Below are positions 17,469 to 27,324 of a stretch of DNA of 32,073 nucleotides, piece after piece. The stretch spans positions 1-32,073 of the forward strand of contig JBDHWW010000036.1 of NCBI GenBank assembly GCA_039810425.1. The letters are read 5' to 3'. The position numbers were made by a program, and so were the translations under genes. The DNA is from Pseudobdellovibrionaceae bacterium (GTDB taxonomy: Bacteria; Bdellovibrionota; Bdellovibrionia; Bdellovibrionales; Bdellovibrionaceae). The stretch's first letter is position 1, and each line of letters starts with the position of its first letter. The notes below the pieces were generated by a model. It saw nothing but the letters and a program-made list of their open reading frames with translations. It searched no databases and was not told the DNA's origin.

Positions 17469-18733
17469 TGATTCCTTTCCATAAAAGTGAGTTAGACAAC
17501 GGAATCCGAGTGCTCAGTGAGCAGCACTTGGATTCGCGTGCGGTGTCCATCGGGATCTGGATTCTGACGGGCACTCGTGACGAGGCCGCTGATGAGGGCG
17601 GGATCTCGCATCTCCTTGAGCATCTTGTTTTTAAAGGAACGAAGACCCGCTCCGCTTATCAAATCGCAAAATCTTTAGAAGCTCTTGGCGGGGATCTCAA
17701 CGCGTACACGACACGTGAGTACACTTGCTATCATGCGCTTGTTTTGAAAGACCATTGGGAGAAGGCTCTCGATGTGTTATGTGATTTAGTCAGCAATATG
17801 CAGATCTCTGCCAAGGATTATAAGCTTGAAAAGGGCGTGATCCTGCAAGAGATCGCGATGACTGACGATACTCCGGAAGAACTCATCTACGATATTCTTT
17901 TTGAAAAAGTTTATGCGGGAAATCCGTTGGCGGCACCAATCTTAGGAACGGTAAAGTCCGTGGCAAGCATGACGCAAAAGAAGGTCATGGACTATTACAA
18001 GTCCCGCTACACTGGTCGCAATATCATAGTGACGGCGGCGGGGAATTTGGATCATCAGGTTTTCTTTGAAGCTGTTGAAAAGAAGTTGGCGAAGAAGCAA
18101 AAGGCGAAATTCACGGCGAATCGTGAACGACCTCGTTGGAAGAAAGGCCGGGTCGTCTCGGAAAAGTCTTCTGAGCAAACCCATATGTTGATGGGGTTGC
18201 CGACGGTGAGTTTTAAGGACGCTCAGCGTTTTGAGTCTTATATCGTGAACACTCTTTTGGGGGGTGGCATGACTTCGAAGCTGTACCAAAGCGTTCGCGA
18301 GAAAAAGGGTCTGGTCTATTCAATTCATAGCATGCTCAATACCTACGTGGACTCAGGTTCACTGTTGATTTATGCGGGAACTGACTTAAAGAGTGTTCGA
18401 AAAGTAGCTGAAATCGTTTCCCGTGAGCTGAGAAAGCTCAAGAGGTCGGGCATTTCAGCGGCGGATGTCGAACTCTTTAAGACCCAAGTCATTGGTAGCA
18501 TTTTGCTGGGATCTGATGATATTGAAAGTCGTATGTCCTCCATCGCGGTGAACGAGATGGTTTTTGGTGAATACCGTTCTGTGGACTCGGTCGTTCAGCA
18601 AATCCAGAAAGTCACGCGCGGTTCCGTGAATGAGTTCATTCGCGAGAAGTTTGATATCGACAAGATTTCAGGCGTCTTGATGGGCTCCGGAGTCGATGAG
18701 CTCAACAAGTGGTGGAAAGATTTTAGTTTTTAA
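17468..18733 (+). CDS. M16-family (pitrilysin-like) zinc peptidase
   Basis: HLLEH (HxxEH), LNAYTTREYTCY, REKKGLVYS; usual position between pnp and dut. Confidence 0.93.
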   Translation: MIPFHKSELDNGIRVLSEQHLDSRAVSIGIWILTGTRDEAADEGGISHLLEHLVFKGTKTRSAYQIAKSLEALGGDLNAYTTREYTCYHALVLKDHWEKALDVLCDLVSNMQISAKDYKLEKGVILQEIAMTDDTPEELIYDILFEKVYAGNPLAAPILGTVKSVASMTQKKVMDYYKSRYTGRNIIVTAAGNLDHQVFFEAVEKKLAKKQKAKFTANRERPRWKKGRVVSEKSSEQTHMLMGLPTVSFKDAQRFESYIVNTLLGGGMTSKLYQSVREKKGLVYSIHSMLNTYVDSGSLLIYAGTDLKSVRKVAEIVSRELRKLKRSGISAADVELFKTQVIGSILLGSDDIESRMSSIAVNEMVFGEYRSVDSVVQQIQKVTRGSVNEFIREKFDIDKISGVLMGSGVDELNKWWKDFSF

Positions 18734-18743
18734 AAGGATATTT

Positions 18744-19193
18744 ATGAAAACATTAACAGTAAAAATTAGAAAATTAGAAAATTTCAAAGGCGAAATCCCT
18801 CAGTACCAATCTGCGGGTGCCAGCGGTGTTGACGTTCGTGCGCAATTGACGGCGCCGATGACTTTGAAACCCGGTGAGCGTGCGATGATCCCCACGGGGT
18901 TGAGTTTCGAGTGCCCGCTCGGTTTTGAAATCCAAGCGCGTCCCCGCAGCGGCTTTGCGGCGAAGCAAGGTGTGACGGTGCTTAACACGCCGGGAACGAT
19001 CGATGCGGACTATCGTGGTGAAGTTAAGATCATCGTGATCAACTTGGGCCAAGATAGTGTTTTGATCCAAGACCAAGAGCGCATTGCTCAGTTGGTCGTT
19101 GCTCCCGTGATTCAAGCGCACTTCGAGGTGGCGGACGAATTGTCCTTCACTGAACGTGGCGTGGGTGGCTTCGGTTCAACGGGCCGCGCTTAG
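18744..19193 (+). CDS. dut: dUTP diphosphatase
   Basis: RPRSG, GTIDADYRGE, RIAQLV, RGVGGFGSTG; AAGGA RBS before ATG 18744. Confidence 0.97.
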   Translation: MKTLTVKIRKLENFKGEIPQYQSAGASGVDVRAQLTAPMTLKPGERAMIPTGLSFECPLGFEIQARPRSGFAAKQGVTVLNTPGTIDADYRGEVKIIVINLGQDSVLIQDQERIAQLVVAPVIQAHFEVADELSFTERGVGGFGSTGRA

Positions 19194-19302
19194 TTTAATT
19201 TATATCCAGGATGGCTCTGGTTTGTTCTTTGGTCGAGGTTTGTGCTTTGCTCTGTGTTCCCCCGCGCTGGAATAGTAAGATGACAGAGTAAGGAGCTTAT
19301 CA

Positions 19303-20205
19303 ATGAAGAGCTTAGTTCCAGTTTTTATTTCCATCGTAAGTTTTATTTCACTTTCTGCCCACGCTGATATCAGCCCTGAACTTCTTAAGAAGTACTACTG
19401 GGGCGACTATATTTTTGATGGCAAAAAAGTCACGAACACTGCGAGAAGCGCGGTCAATTTCGATAACGAAAAAAAAACGGTAGATCAGAAATCTAAAAAT
19501 GGCGATGCCAAGTACGCCATGTCTTGGGGGACTGAGAATATCAATTACTCACAAGTTTTTACGGTGACGGAGGCAAGAGTGACTCCGTTGGAAGAGGGCG
19601 TTACAAGAGTTTATGCGAGATCGTCGACATTTTCAGCGGACAGACTTCGTTCCTCGACGTTCTGTTTTGGCTCGTCACTCAAGGCGAAAGTAATGAGCGG
19701 AGCGACGATGGTCAAAGTTAACAATATGAAGTGCGTGACGGCGACGCAGAAGTCCTGCAAACGTCTGATGGAGTCATACGCCACGGAAGCCGCAAAGTCT
19801 AATACGACTATGAAAAGCATGCAAGATGTGGCGGCGGCGACTCGCTATTGCAGCGCCACAATTGGCAGCTTTAAAAATATGGCGATGGCATTTGGAAGTG
19901 AACAAAGCGGCGATGTGATTAATTCAGATACGGCTCGGTTGAAGGGGTTTATCGATACGACCATGAAAAGTGGGACATGGGATCCAACAAACGTAGGCGC
20001 GGCGACGACGTCTTCAGAGCTTGCTAAAATGGCTGATGGCTACGCAAGCTCTATGAATGGGTTGGAGGTTTTAAGCACCGCCCTGCAAGTGTGTGCGGCG
20101 TCGAATGGCGATTTCCAAGAACCAGCCACGGCGTCCGCATCTTTCGGCGACAGCAGTTCTAGGGACGGGGGAGCTTCCACCGGGCCTGCGGGCGGCCGCC
20201 AGTAA
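19303..20205 (+). CDS. Secreted hypothetical protein
   Basis: AAGGAG RBS; signal peptide ending SAHA; S/T/A-rich; 5 Cys; no family recognised. Confidence 0.75.
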   Translation: MKSLVPVFISIVSFISLSAHADISPELLKKYYWGDYIFDGKKVTNTARSAVNFDNEKKTVDQKSKNGDAKYAMSWGTENINYSQVFTVTEARVTPLEEGVTRVYARSSTFSADRLRSSTFCFGSSLKAKVMSGATMVKVNNMKCVTATQKSCKRLMESYATEAAKSNTTMKSMQDVAAATRYCSATIGSFKNMAMAFGSEQSGDVINSDTARLKGFIDTTMKSGTWDPTNVGAATTSSELAKMADGYASSMNGLEVLSTALQVCAASNGDFQEPATASASFGDSSSRDGGASTGPAGGRQ

Positions 20206-20221
20206 TTACTTGGTACAAATT

Positions 20222-20809
20222 TTACTCTCCGGAAGATGACGGGGATTGTTGGGTTGCGGCACGATCCAGGCGAGCCATAGAGATTTTATTTACGGCCCAA
20301 ACAAGAAAGACCACGGCAAATAAGCCAACTGCCAAGCGAACGGCACGACGCTTTTCCACCTGGAAGTTCTCGGTGAGTCCGACTGCAATCAACATTGTTG
20401 AGAAGGCAAAGCCAATCAGGGTGATCGGTGGCAGCAAGCTCGAGCCAATTTGCAAAATAAAGAACGGAAGACTTGAGAACACTGAAAGGGTGAAAATTCT
20501 CAAAGCCGGAACCGTGCGTTTTTCAAAAACTTGGAAGTAGTAGTACAAGAAAGCCGTCAAAACGGAAACCATCATGGTTGCCACAAAAGGCGTCACGATG
20601 ATACCGGCAAGGATGCTGAAAAAACCGGGCTTTGTCAGGCCCGCGATAAAACCAGAAACCATCGCGCAGAGAATCTGCACCCAGATCAGAGTTTTCCACG
20701 GCCAGTTTGGAAGATGAGCAATTTCATGGATGGGATGTTTTAGAAACTGCAAAAGGTGCTTTACAGTCGCCTTGATACTTTGCCCCGTGGGCTCGCTCAC
20801 GTCTCTCAT
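20222..20809 (-). CDS. Yip1-like multi-pass membrane protein
   Basis: FLKHP..EI N-terminal motif followed by about five hydrophobic helices. Confidence 0.65.
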   Translation of the reverse strand: MRDVSEPTGQSIKATVKHLLQFLKHPIHEIAHLPNWPWKTLIWVQILCAMVSGFIAGLTKPGFFSILAGIIVTPFVATMMVSVLTAFLYYYFQVFEKRTVPALRIFTLSVFSSLPFFILQIGSSLLPPITLIGFAFSTMLIAVGLTENFQVEKRRAVRLAVGLFAVVFLVWAVNKISMARLDRAATQQSPSSSGE

Positions 20810-20855
20810 ACAAATATTGCAGCACTATTAACGACCTGTGGCAAGACGAAACTGT

Positions 20856-21452
20856 TTATGAGAGAAAGTCCTGTTCTCCCTTTTTTTGCATTTCTTGAAG
20901 CAGCCAGAGTGACGAGGTCGGATAGTGAAGACCAAGGTCCGCAGCACCGGGAAGTTGTTGTGAGCGATAGAAGGTAGAATGCAATTTGTAACCAAAACCT
21001 AACAGGAGGCTCTTGCGCGGGAGCTTGGTGATCGGCGCTTCTTGGTGGTCTTCAAGAACGGTGAAACTCGCAACGACCGGCGAAGTTTCAAACAGTTCTT
21101 TAAACTCATTAGCGGTGTAGTGATCACAGATGAAATGATACTGCCGCCGCAGCGCCGTTTGCCTGGCAAGATAATCGCGCGTGCGGGAAAGGCGTTCTTT
21201 GCCTCGCCAAGGAAGGGGGAGAGTGAAAACTTCGTAGCCGTGTTCAGCCAGAATCTCGGGATAGGCGTTCCAGTATTTACGGAAATAAAAAATACTGCGG
21301 GGGCCGGTGACAAAGACAACGGGTTTGCGGGTCAAGAGGCAATTGGGTTTTAATTCAAACGATTGCTTGCGGTGCTCGCGATACAGGTTGGTCAGTATCG
21401 CAAAGCACAGGGTGAGACAAGGGATCAAGATCAGCGGGAGGATGATTTCCAT
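20856..21452 (-). CDS. Membrane-anchored hypothetical protein with a partial alpha/beta-hydrolase-like start
   Basis: N-terminal TM helix; PVVFVTG...YWNAYPEILAEHGYEVF; no GxSxG. Confidence 0.65.
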   Translation of the reverse strand: MEIILPLILIPCLTLCFAILTNLYREHRKQSFELKPNCLLTRKPVVFVTGPRSIFYFRKYWNAYPEILAEHGYEVFTLPLPWRGKERLSRTRDYLARQTALRRQYHFICDHYTANEFKELFETSPVVASFTVLEDHQEAPITKLPRKSLLLGFGYKLHSTFYRSQQLPGAADLGLHYPTSSLWLLQEMQKKGEQDFLS

Positions 21453-21463
21453 CCCTTTTAGTT

Positions 21464-22120
21464 TTACAAAGAAGTATTCAGGCTCAAAGCAAAATCGACA
21501 GAATTCTTGTCGGTATTTCTGCCCAAGATTGAAGTGCGGCCGCCGACTTCCATGCCAAGGCGGATGTTTTTATGAATGTCAGCCAAAGCGCCGATACCCG
21601 CGGTGAAAGATGGAGTGAATTCGTTGACGGAATAATCTTTTCCCGTGTTGCTTGCTTGAATCATGCGGCCTGAGAGCCCACCAAAGAGGTTCATCTTCCA
21701 AGGGGCGGTGAGGGGGTTGATGTAGCCCAATCGACCATCGAATTGCAGGATCTGCAGATCCTCCTGGGCAATCGTGCTGCCGGAGAAGTTGCGGAAAACG
21801 CCCTCCGCGTAGAGGTTTGGAGAATCCAAATTCATGCTGGCAGACAGTTGCAAACCGTTTTGTGAACGACCGGTGTTGCTGCGATTGATATTTAGTTGGG
21901 TGTAGCTATGAACGTAACCGACACCGAGGTGAATCTCATTGAGGGGAGCTTTTTGCTTTTTCTCAACCGATGTTTTTTTGGTGTTGAGCTCGCTCACGAG
22001 TTCGTCGTAGGTGACTTCCTGGTAGCCCTCAGAGAGGTTGCCTCTTGCCCAGACCATGGTACTGGAAATTTGTACAAGGAAAGCCGTTGCGAGAATTCTA
22101 AAAAGATTTTTATGTGTCAT
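21464..22120 (-). CDS. Exported protein, probable small outer-membrane beta-barrel
   Basis: Signal peptide ending VWA; alternating amphipathic strands through to the C-terminus. Confidence 0.65.
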   Translation of the reverse strand: MTHKNLFRILATAFLVQISSTMVWARGNLSEGYQEVTYDELVSELNTKKTSVEKKQKAPLNEIHLGVGYVHSYTQLNINRSNTGRSQNGLQLSASMNLDSPNLYAEGVFRNFSGSTIAQEDLQILQFDGRLGYINPLTAPWKMNLFGGLSGRMIQASNTGKDYSVNEFTPSFTAGIGALADIHKNIRLGMEVGGRTSILGRNTDKNSVDFALSLNTSL

Positions 22121-22222
22121 ACACTCAGTCTAACAAAGAAAAAGAGTGATTTGCAAAAAAAGCCCCTGTCTCTGGACTTTCACAGAGTGAGCGGTTGTTG
22201 GAGAATAAAAACAGGAGCACTC

Positions 22223-22663
22223 TTGGGCATTTTAAAATCCAAACACAATTGCTTTTGCGCCTTCTGCAGGACGCCGCGAAGAATCTACAAGAAGCGCAAT
22301 ATAGGTTTCTTGAATATCGTCTACGCGGCGGTGAGCGCGTTGCTGTTGATGTATGCTTTCTGGGGAGCCTTTGACCCGCGTGTGTTGGTAATCCTAGCCG
22401 TGTTTCTTGCGGTGACGGAAACATTCATTCAAATCCGCTGGAGACTTTCAGTCGCATGCAAACAATGCGGCTTTGACCCGGTTTTGTATGTCAAAGAACC
22501 TGAGAAGGCCGCCCACAAAGTTTCAATGCATTTGCAAAAACGTCGCGAAGATCCAAAATATCTGCTCGCCAAGCCACTCAACTTGCCGACAATTACGCTA
22601 GAGAAGGCTGAAGCCCTTCGGCACAAGGATAAGAAGGGCCGTTTAGTCTCCCGCCAAGCGTAA
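22223..22663 (+). CDS. Hypothetical membrane protein with two CxxC motifs
   Basis: AGGAG RBS before TTG 22223; CAFC and CKQC flank two TM helices. Confidence 0.7.
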   Translation: MGILKSKHNCFCAFCRTPRRIYKKRNIGFLNIVYAAVSALLLMYAFWGAFDPRVLVILAVFLAVTETFIQIRWRLSVACKQCGFDPVLYVKEPEKAAHKVSMHLQKRREDPKYLLAKPLNLPTITLEKAEALRHKDKKGRLVSRQA

Positions 22664-22708
22664 AAAATGATTGAGTAATGGAGTCCAGCGGATTACTCTG
22701 GCTTCATT

Positions 22709-23404
22709 ATGAAGGCACTCATCATCATTCCCACGTACAATGAAAAAGAAAATATCCAGAACATCGTCAATGCGGTGTTTGCGCAAAACTTGGGCGTGGA
22801 TATTCTTGTGGTGGATGACAGTTCTCCAGATGGAACGGGGGTCATCGTTCAAGAGATGCAAAAATCCAATCCGAAACTTCATTTGCTCACTCGCCCGGGC
22901 AAACAGGGGTTGGGCCGCGCCTACATTGCGGGTTTCAATTGGGGGATGGATAGTGGCTTTGATATTTTGACGGAGATGGATGCGGATTTCTCGCACCGTC
23001 CGGAAGATCTCGGCCCCCTCTTGGCCAAGTTGAAAGACAATGACTTCGCGGTGGGCTCTCGTTACGTTGATGGTGGGCGCACGGTGAACTGGGGGATCTT
23101 GCGTAAGATTATTTCCCGTGGTGGCGGTATATACTCGAGGATTATTTTGGGTTTCCCTTTGAACGATTGGACCGGCGGCTTCAACGCTTGGAAAAAAGAA
23201 GTTTTGAAAGGGATTGATCTCAGCACCGTGACTTCGAACGGTTACAGCTTCCAAATCGAACTTAAGTACAAAGCAATGAAAAAAGGTTTTAAGGGCGCGG
23301 AGTCCCCGATCGTGTTTGAAGACCGTCGTGTGGGGCATAGCAAGATGTCGCTAAAAATTGTTATCGAAGCTTTTTACCGCGTTTGGTTGATGCGTCTTAA
23401 GTAG
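22709..23404 (+). CDS. Polyprenol monophosphomannose synthase-like GT2 glycosyltransferase
   Basis: IIPTYNE, VDDSSPDGTG, MDADFSH, GYSFQIE, FEDRRVGHSKMS. Confidence 0.92.
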   Translation: MKALIIIPTYNEKENIQNIVNAVFAQNLGVDILVVDDSSPDGTGVIVQEMQKSNPKLHLLTRPGKQGLGRAYIAGFNWGMDSGFDILTEMDADFSHRPEDLGPLLAKLKDNDFAVGSRYVDGGRTVNWGILRKIISRGGGIYSRIILGFPLNDWTGGFNAWKKEVLKGIDLSTVTSNGYSFQIELKYKAMKKGFKGAESPIVFEDRRVGHSKMSLKIVIEAFYRVWLMRLK

Positions 23405-23405
23405 T

Positions 23406-24275
23406 ATGAAATTTCTGAACGCCGTTCTTTTTTCATTTTTTTTCCTTGTGAGCTTCGGAGCTTTTGCTCAGTCGCAAAAAGCAAGAGTCGTCAACGATGG
23501 GGCTTTGGTTTACAAGAGTGCGGATTTTGATGCACCTGTTTTGACTCAGCTGAAAGCCGGTTCAGTCTATAGTATTTCTCTGAAAACAAAAGGTCCATTC
23601 TTTAAAATTCGTTTAAAACCAGGGGTTACGGGTTGGATTGCTGACACGGATGTGCGGACTGGGAAAGCGGCGGCGACTGCGGGAAAGCCACAAGATGCGG
23701 TCAAGAGACCTGCTGAGAAAAATGACAACAAAGATAATTTTCTTGAGAAAAGGCGCCAGCGCTCTTTCTATGCCAGTCGCTACCGCGGGCCTGTTTTGTC
23801 TTACCTGACTTATAATGAAAACACAATGGGCTCTCTGCGCGCTGAGAACATGCCTTTTTATGGTTTCAAGGTTGAGGGGCCGAATACAATGTTTACAGGT
23901 GATTTGCGAACAGACGCTGAATTCCTGTTTCACTTCTCAGCCCCTGGATACTACGAAAAGGTCACTGGCTATCCGGCGTCGGGCTGGATTTTTATTACTG
24001 ACTTCGTGTTTGAAACCGCTTACCCGCAAAGCAAGTGGCACATGCTGACGTTTGGTTTCGGGCCGATGTTTAAGTACTCTCACTATCAAGCCTCGTTGCT
24101 GCAAAATGGGAGACAGGTTTCCTATAGTCTGGATGATATGGCTTTGGGGGCTGTTTTTGACGGCGGTTTGGCGTTCCGTATCGCTGAAACTTATGCGCTG
24201 CGTTTTAATGTGAAGTACTACTGGGAAAAGACCAAGTATTGGGGCGGCAGCCTCACTTTTGGTTTTCCTTTTTAG
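23406..24275 (+). CDS. SH3-domain protein with C-terminal outer-membrane barrel
   Basis: Signal peptide; SH3b-like segment ending GVTGWI; beta-strand C-terminus ending in Phe. Confidence 0.7.
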   Translation: MKFLNAVLFSFFFLVSFGAFAQSQKARVVNDGALVYKSADFDAPVLTQLKAGSVYSISLKTKGPFFKIRLKPGVTGWIADTDVRTGKAAATAGKPQDAVKRPAEKNDNKDNFLEKRRQRSFYASRYRGPVLSYLTYNENTMGSLRAENMPFYGFKVEGPNTMFTGDLRTDAEFLFHFSAPGYYEKVTGYPASGWIFITDFVFETAYPQSKWHMLTFGFGPMFKYSHYQASLLQNGRQVSYSLDDMALGAVFDGGLAFRIAETYALRFNVKYYWEKTKYWGGSLTFGFPF

Positions 24276-24298
24276 GCCCCTCGGGGTAGCTAGTTTCA

Positions 24299-26146
24299 AT
24301 GTCCTCAATTCAAGTCCTACCTCCTGAAGTCGTTGACCAAATTGCCGCTGGTGAAGTGGTTGAAAGACCGTCACATCTTGTGAAGGAACTCGTTGAAAAC
24401 AGCATTGATGCGGGAGCGACGTCGGTCACTGTTGAGTTTTCGGACGGGGGCCGCTATGTCAAAGTCAAAGACAACGGGAGGGGGATCGCGCCGGAGCAAT
24501 TGCCAAAGGCACTCGAGCGCTTTGCAACCAGCAAAATTTCCAAGACCGATGATCTCTGGAGTTTGCGTACGTTTGGTTTCCGTGGTGAGGCCCTCGCGAG
24601 TATCTCCGCCGTCAGCCGATTGAACTTAACTTCCCGTCCTCCGGGCGCGGAGAAAGCGTTTCAGCTTTTAAGTGAGTTCGGAAAAATGACCACGGTGGAT
24701 CCGGTCGGTGGTTCAGAAGGCACCGCGATCACGATCCAAGAACTCTTTGGCAATGTGCCGGCGCGTTTGAAGTTTTTAAAATCCGATGCGGCTGAAGGCA
24801 CACAAATCAAGGTCACTTTGAAGGCTTTGGCTCTTGCCCATCACGGTGTCGAGTTCCGTATCTACGAAAAGAACGAATTGATCTTTTTCTGGCCGGCCTG
24901 CAAGACGCGTAAAGACCGTGTTGAACAAGTCCTCGAAATTAAGAAAATGTACGAAGGCCGCGCCGATCGTGAAAATGTTTCGGCCCATGCGGTTTTCGCG
25001 GACCCTCATCATGTGGCAAAGACCGGAAAGAATATCTGGCTCTTTGCCCAACATCGCTGGGTGCAGGACCGCAGCATGCAAGCCGCTGTCATGGAGGCGT
25101 ATCGCAACCTTCTCATGCATGGAGAATATCCCATTGCCGCAGTGTGGGTGGATGTTGATCCTGAATACATCGACGTGAATATTCACCCGACAAAATCTCA
25201 AGTGAAGTTTCATAACCCCTCGCTCGTGTTCCGGGCCGTGCAAGCCTCGGTGCGTGATGTCTTGGAGCAGGCGCCATGGGTACCCGTCGTAAACACGGGG
25301 GACAAGCCCATGGGACTTGGGGGTATCGAAACGGCCTTAGGTTTTGAGGCCGTGACTTCGAGTCCACAAGTGCAGTCCACATTCACCGGGCCGCATTTCG
25401 AGGTGACTCAATTCCAGAAAAAAGATTTTCCCCTGCAAATGGCGGCCCAGCAAGCCGATCTTCGTCGGGAAGCTGTTGAGAGTTTAGTGACGTCAAATAC
25501 GGATTCCGTGAATCCATTTGTAAGAGCAGTTTCGCCACCGGCGACCGCTTCTTCGGGAGGCTATTGGTCGTCACTTGAAGTTCTCGGCCAGGCAAACCTG
25601 ACTTATATTATTTGCCAGCACCGCGACAGGCTTGTGTTCGTTGACCAACATGCGGCACATGAGCGTGTTGTATTTGAGCGGCTGATGAATGCGTGGCGGG
25701 GGGGGAAGATGGAAGTGCAGGAATTCCTTTTTCCTCTGGCCGTGGATTTGACTCCGGATAAGGTGGAAGCTTTGCAAAATCTTTTCACGGATATTGAAAA
25801 GCTCGGCGTGTATGTTGAGGTGTTGGGTCCAACCACGGTGGGCGTGAGAGCGGCGCCGACACTCATTAAAGAATCTGTTTTGAGTTCGGTTCTTGACAGA
25901 ATGGCGACCGAAGCGCTGGATCTTGGCGGCAGTTTCCGTATGGAAAAAGTGGTCGGTGATATCTGTGCGACCATGGCTTGTCACTCGGTCGTGCGCGCGG
26001 GTCAGGCGCTGAGCACAGAGCAGATGAAGAACTTGCTTGTAGAAATGGATGATTTCCCGCTTTCAAGTTTTTGCCCTCATGGCCGTCCGGTGTCTGTGGA
26101 GTATTCTTACGCGAAACTTGAAAAAGACTTTGGGCGTATCGTTTAA
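24299..26146 (+). CDS. mutL: DNA mismatch repair endonuclease MutL
   Basis: IAAGEVVERP, GFRGEALASI, DVNIHPTK; endonuclease motifs DQHAAHER, ACH and CPHGRP. Confidence 0.98.
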   Translation: MSSIQVLPPEVVDQIAAGEVVERPSHLVKELVENSIDAGATSVTVEFSDGGRYVKVKDNGRGIAPEQLPKALERFATSKISKTDDLWSLRTFGFRGEALASISAVSRLNLTSRPPGAEKAFQLLSEFGKMTTVDPVGGSEGTAITIQELFGNVPARLKFLKSDAAEGTQIKVTLKALALAHHGVEFRIYEKNELIFFWPACKTRKDRVEQVLEIKKMYEGRADRENVSAHAVFADPHHVAKTGKNIWLFAQHRWVQDRSMQAAVMEAYRNLLMHGEYPIAAVWVDVDPEYIDVNIHPTKSQVKFHNPSLVFRAVQASVRDVLEQAPWVPVVNTGDKPMGLGGIETALGFEAVTSSPQVQSTFTGPHFEVTQFQKKDFPLQMAAQQADLRREAVESLVTSNTDSVNPFVRAVSPPATASSGGYWSSLEVLGQANLTYIICQHRDRLVFVDQHAAHERVVFERLMNAWRGGKMEVQEFLFPLAVDLTPDKVEALQNLFTDIEKLGVYVEVLGPTTVGVRAAPTLIKESVLSSVLDRMATEALDLGGSFRMEKVVGDICATMACHSVVRAGQALSTEQMKNLLVEMDDFPLSSFCPHGRPVSVEYSYAKLEKDFGRIV

Positions 26147-27108
26147 TGAAATCTTCGAAGCCAGTTGTATTTATCGTTGGCGCCACGGCCTCTGGCAAAA
26201 GCCAATGGGCTTTGGACATGGCTCAAGATCTTTCCGGTTTGATCGTCAATTGCGACAGCATTCAGCTCTATAGGTCTCTTGATATTGGCGCGGCGAAGCC
26301 TTCAGGTGCAGAGCTGGCGATGGTGCCACATTATTTGTACGACTATGTTCCTGAGGGTGCTACGATGACAGCTGGAAATTACAGCCGGGACTTTTTTTCA
26401 TGTGTGGAGAAGCTGCCGCAGGAAAAACCGGTCTTTGTTGTCGGAGGAACAGGCTTTTATTTTCAAGCCATCGAAAAAGGCATGTACCCGGTTCGGCAAA
26501 CGCCACCGGCGATTCAGCAAGAGATTGCTGAAATTCTTAAAACTAAAGAGGGCGCTGCGAAACTTTATGATGAGTTTCAGCGGATTGATCCGGAAGCCGC
26601 TCAGAAAATTCACGCACGCGATTTCTATCGTCTCGGGCGGGCGATGGAACTCATTCGCGCCGAAGGCAAGACCGTCACGCAAATCCAAAAAGAATTCGCC
26701 GAGTCTCAAGCGCCGTTTCCTTTTCCGCTTTTAAAAGTCGGCCTTCGCTGGGACCGCGAAGTATTGCGTGAGCGGGTGAAACGGCGTACGCAAAAGATGC
26801 TCGAAGACGGCCTTGTTCAAGAGGTCGAATCGTTGCTTGCGCGGGGGCTGGGTGAATGGTCCGCGCTCCAAAGTGTCGGTTACAAGGAGGTCCTCCAATA
26901 CCTTCGTGAGAAAAAGTCTAGCCACTGGCTTTTTGAAACCATCGTGCAAAATACCATGGGTCTGGCAAAGCGCCAGCGCACGTGGTTTCAGCGTGATACC
27001 GGGATTCATTGGTTCGATGGCGCTACTGGCTATGCCGGGGCTTCAGATCTTGTAAAGAAATTCACGAAAGACCATCAGACGGGCTTGTTGAAAGAAAGCC
27101 GGGGTTGA
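26146..27108 (+). CDS. miaA: tRNA dimethylallyltransferase
   Basis: GATASGKS, DSIQLY...DIGAAKP, VGGTGFY, AKRQRTWF. Confidence 0.97.
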   Translation: MKSSKPVVFIVGATASGKSQWALDMAQDLSGLIVNCDSIQLYRSLDIGAAKPSGAELAMVPHYLYDYVPEGATMTAGNYSRDFFSCVEKLPQEKPVFVVGGTGFYFQAIEKGMYPVRQTPPAIQQEIAEILKTKEGAAKLYDEFQRIDPEAAQKIHARDFYRLGRAMELIRAEGKTVTQIQKEFAESQAPFPFPLLKVGLRWDREVLRERVKRRTQKMLEDGLVQEVESLLARGLGEWSALQSVGYKEVLQYLREKKSSHWLFETIVQNTMGLAKRQRTWFQRDTGIHWFDGATGYAGASDLVKKFTKDHQTGLLKESRG

Positions 27109-27286
27109 GGCGCTGAAGGGTGTTGCGTGCGCAAGACTATGGAAGACCTCTGGTATCACTAAGTCGTTTCATTTCCTGAGGAAAAAGAATTGCTCCCAAG
27201 GAAAAAAATGTGCAAATATAAACTTACACATTTTCCATAAGTCCGTTTTTGCTTCATTGTGATTGCTTTTTGAGGCTCGAGTTTTC

Positions 27287-27315
27287 TTGACGGCAGTGAC
27301 GACGGTTTTCATACT
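27287..27315 (+). promoter_or_regulatory. Sigma70-type promoter for yicC-gmk
   Basis: TTGACG-N17-CATACT. Confidence 0.55.
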
Positions 27316-27324
27316 GGAGTGAAT

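Noticed and set aside
19254..19267. GTGTTCCCCCGCGC resembling the start of a type I-E CRISPR repeat
   Set aside because: Single partial copy, no spacers, no cas genes
27109..27286. Spacer after miaA where hfq often lies
   Set aside because: No Hfq-like ORF and no convincing structured RNA; absence alone is not informative
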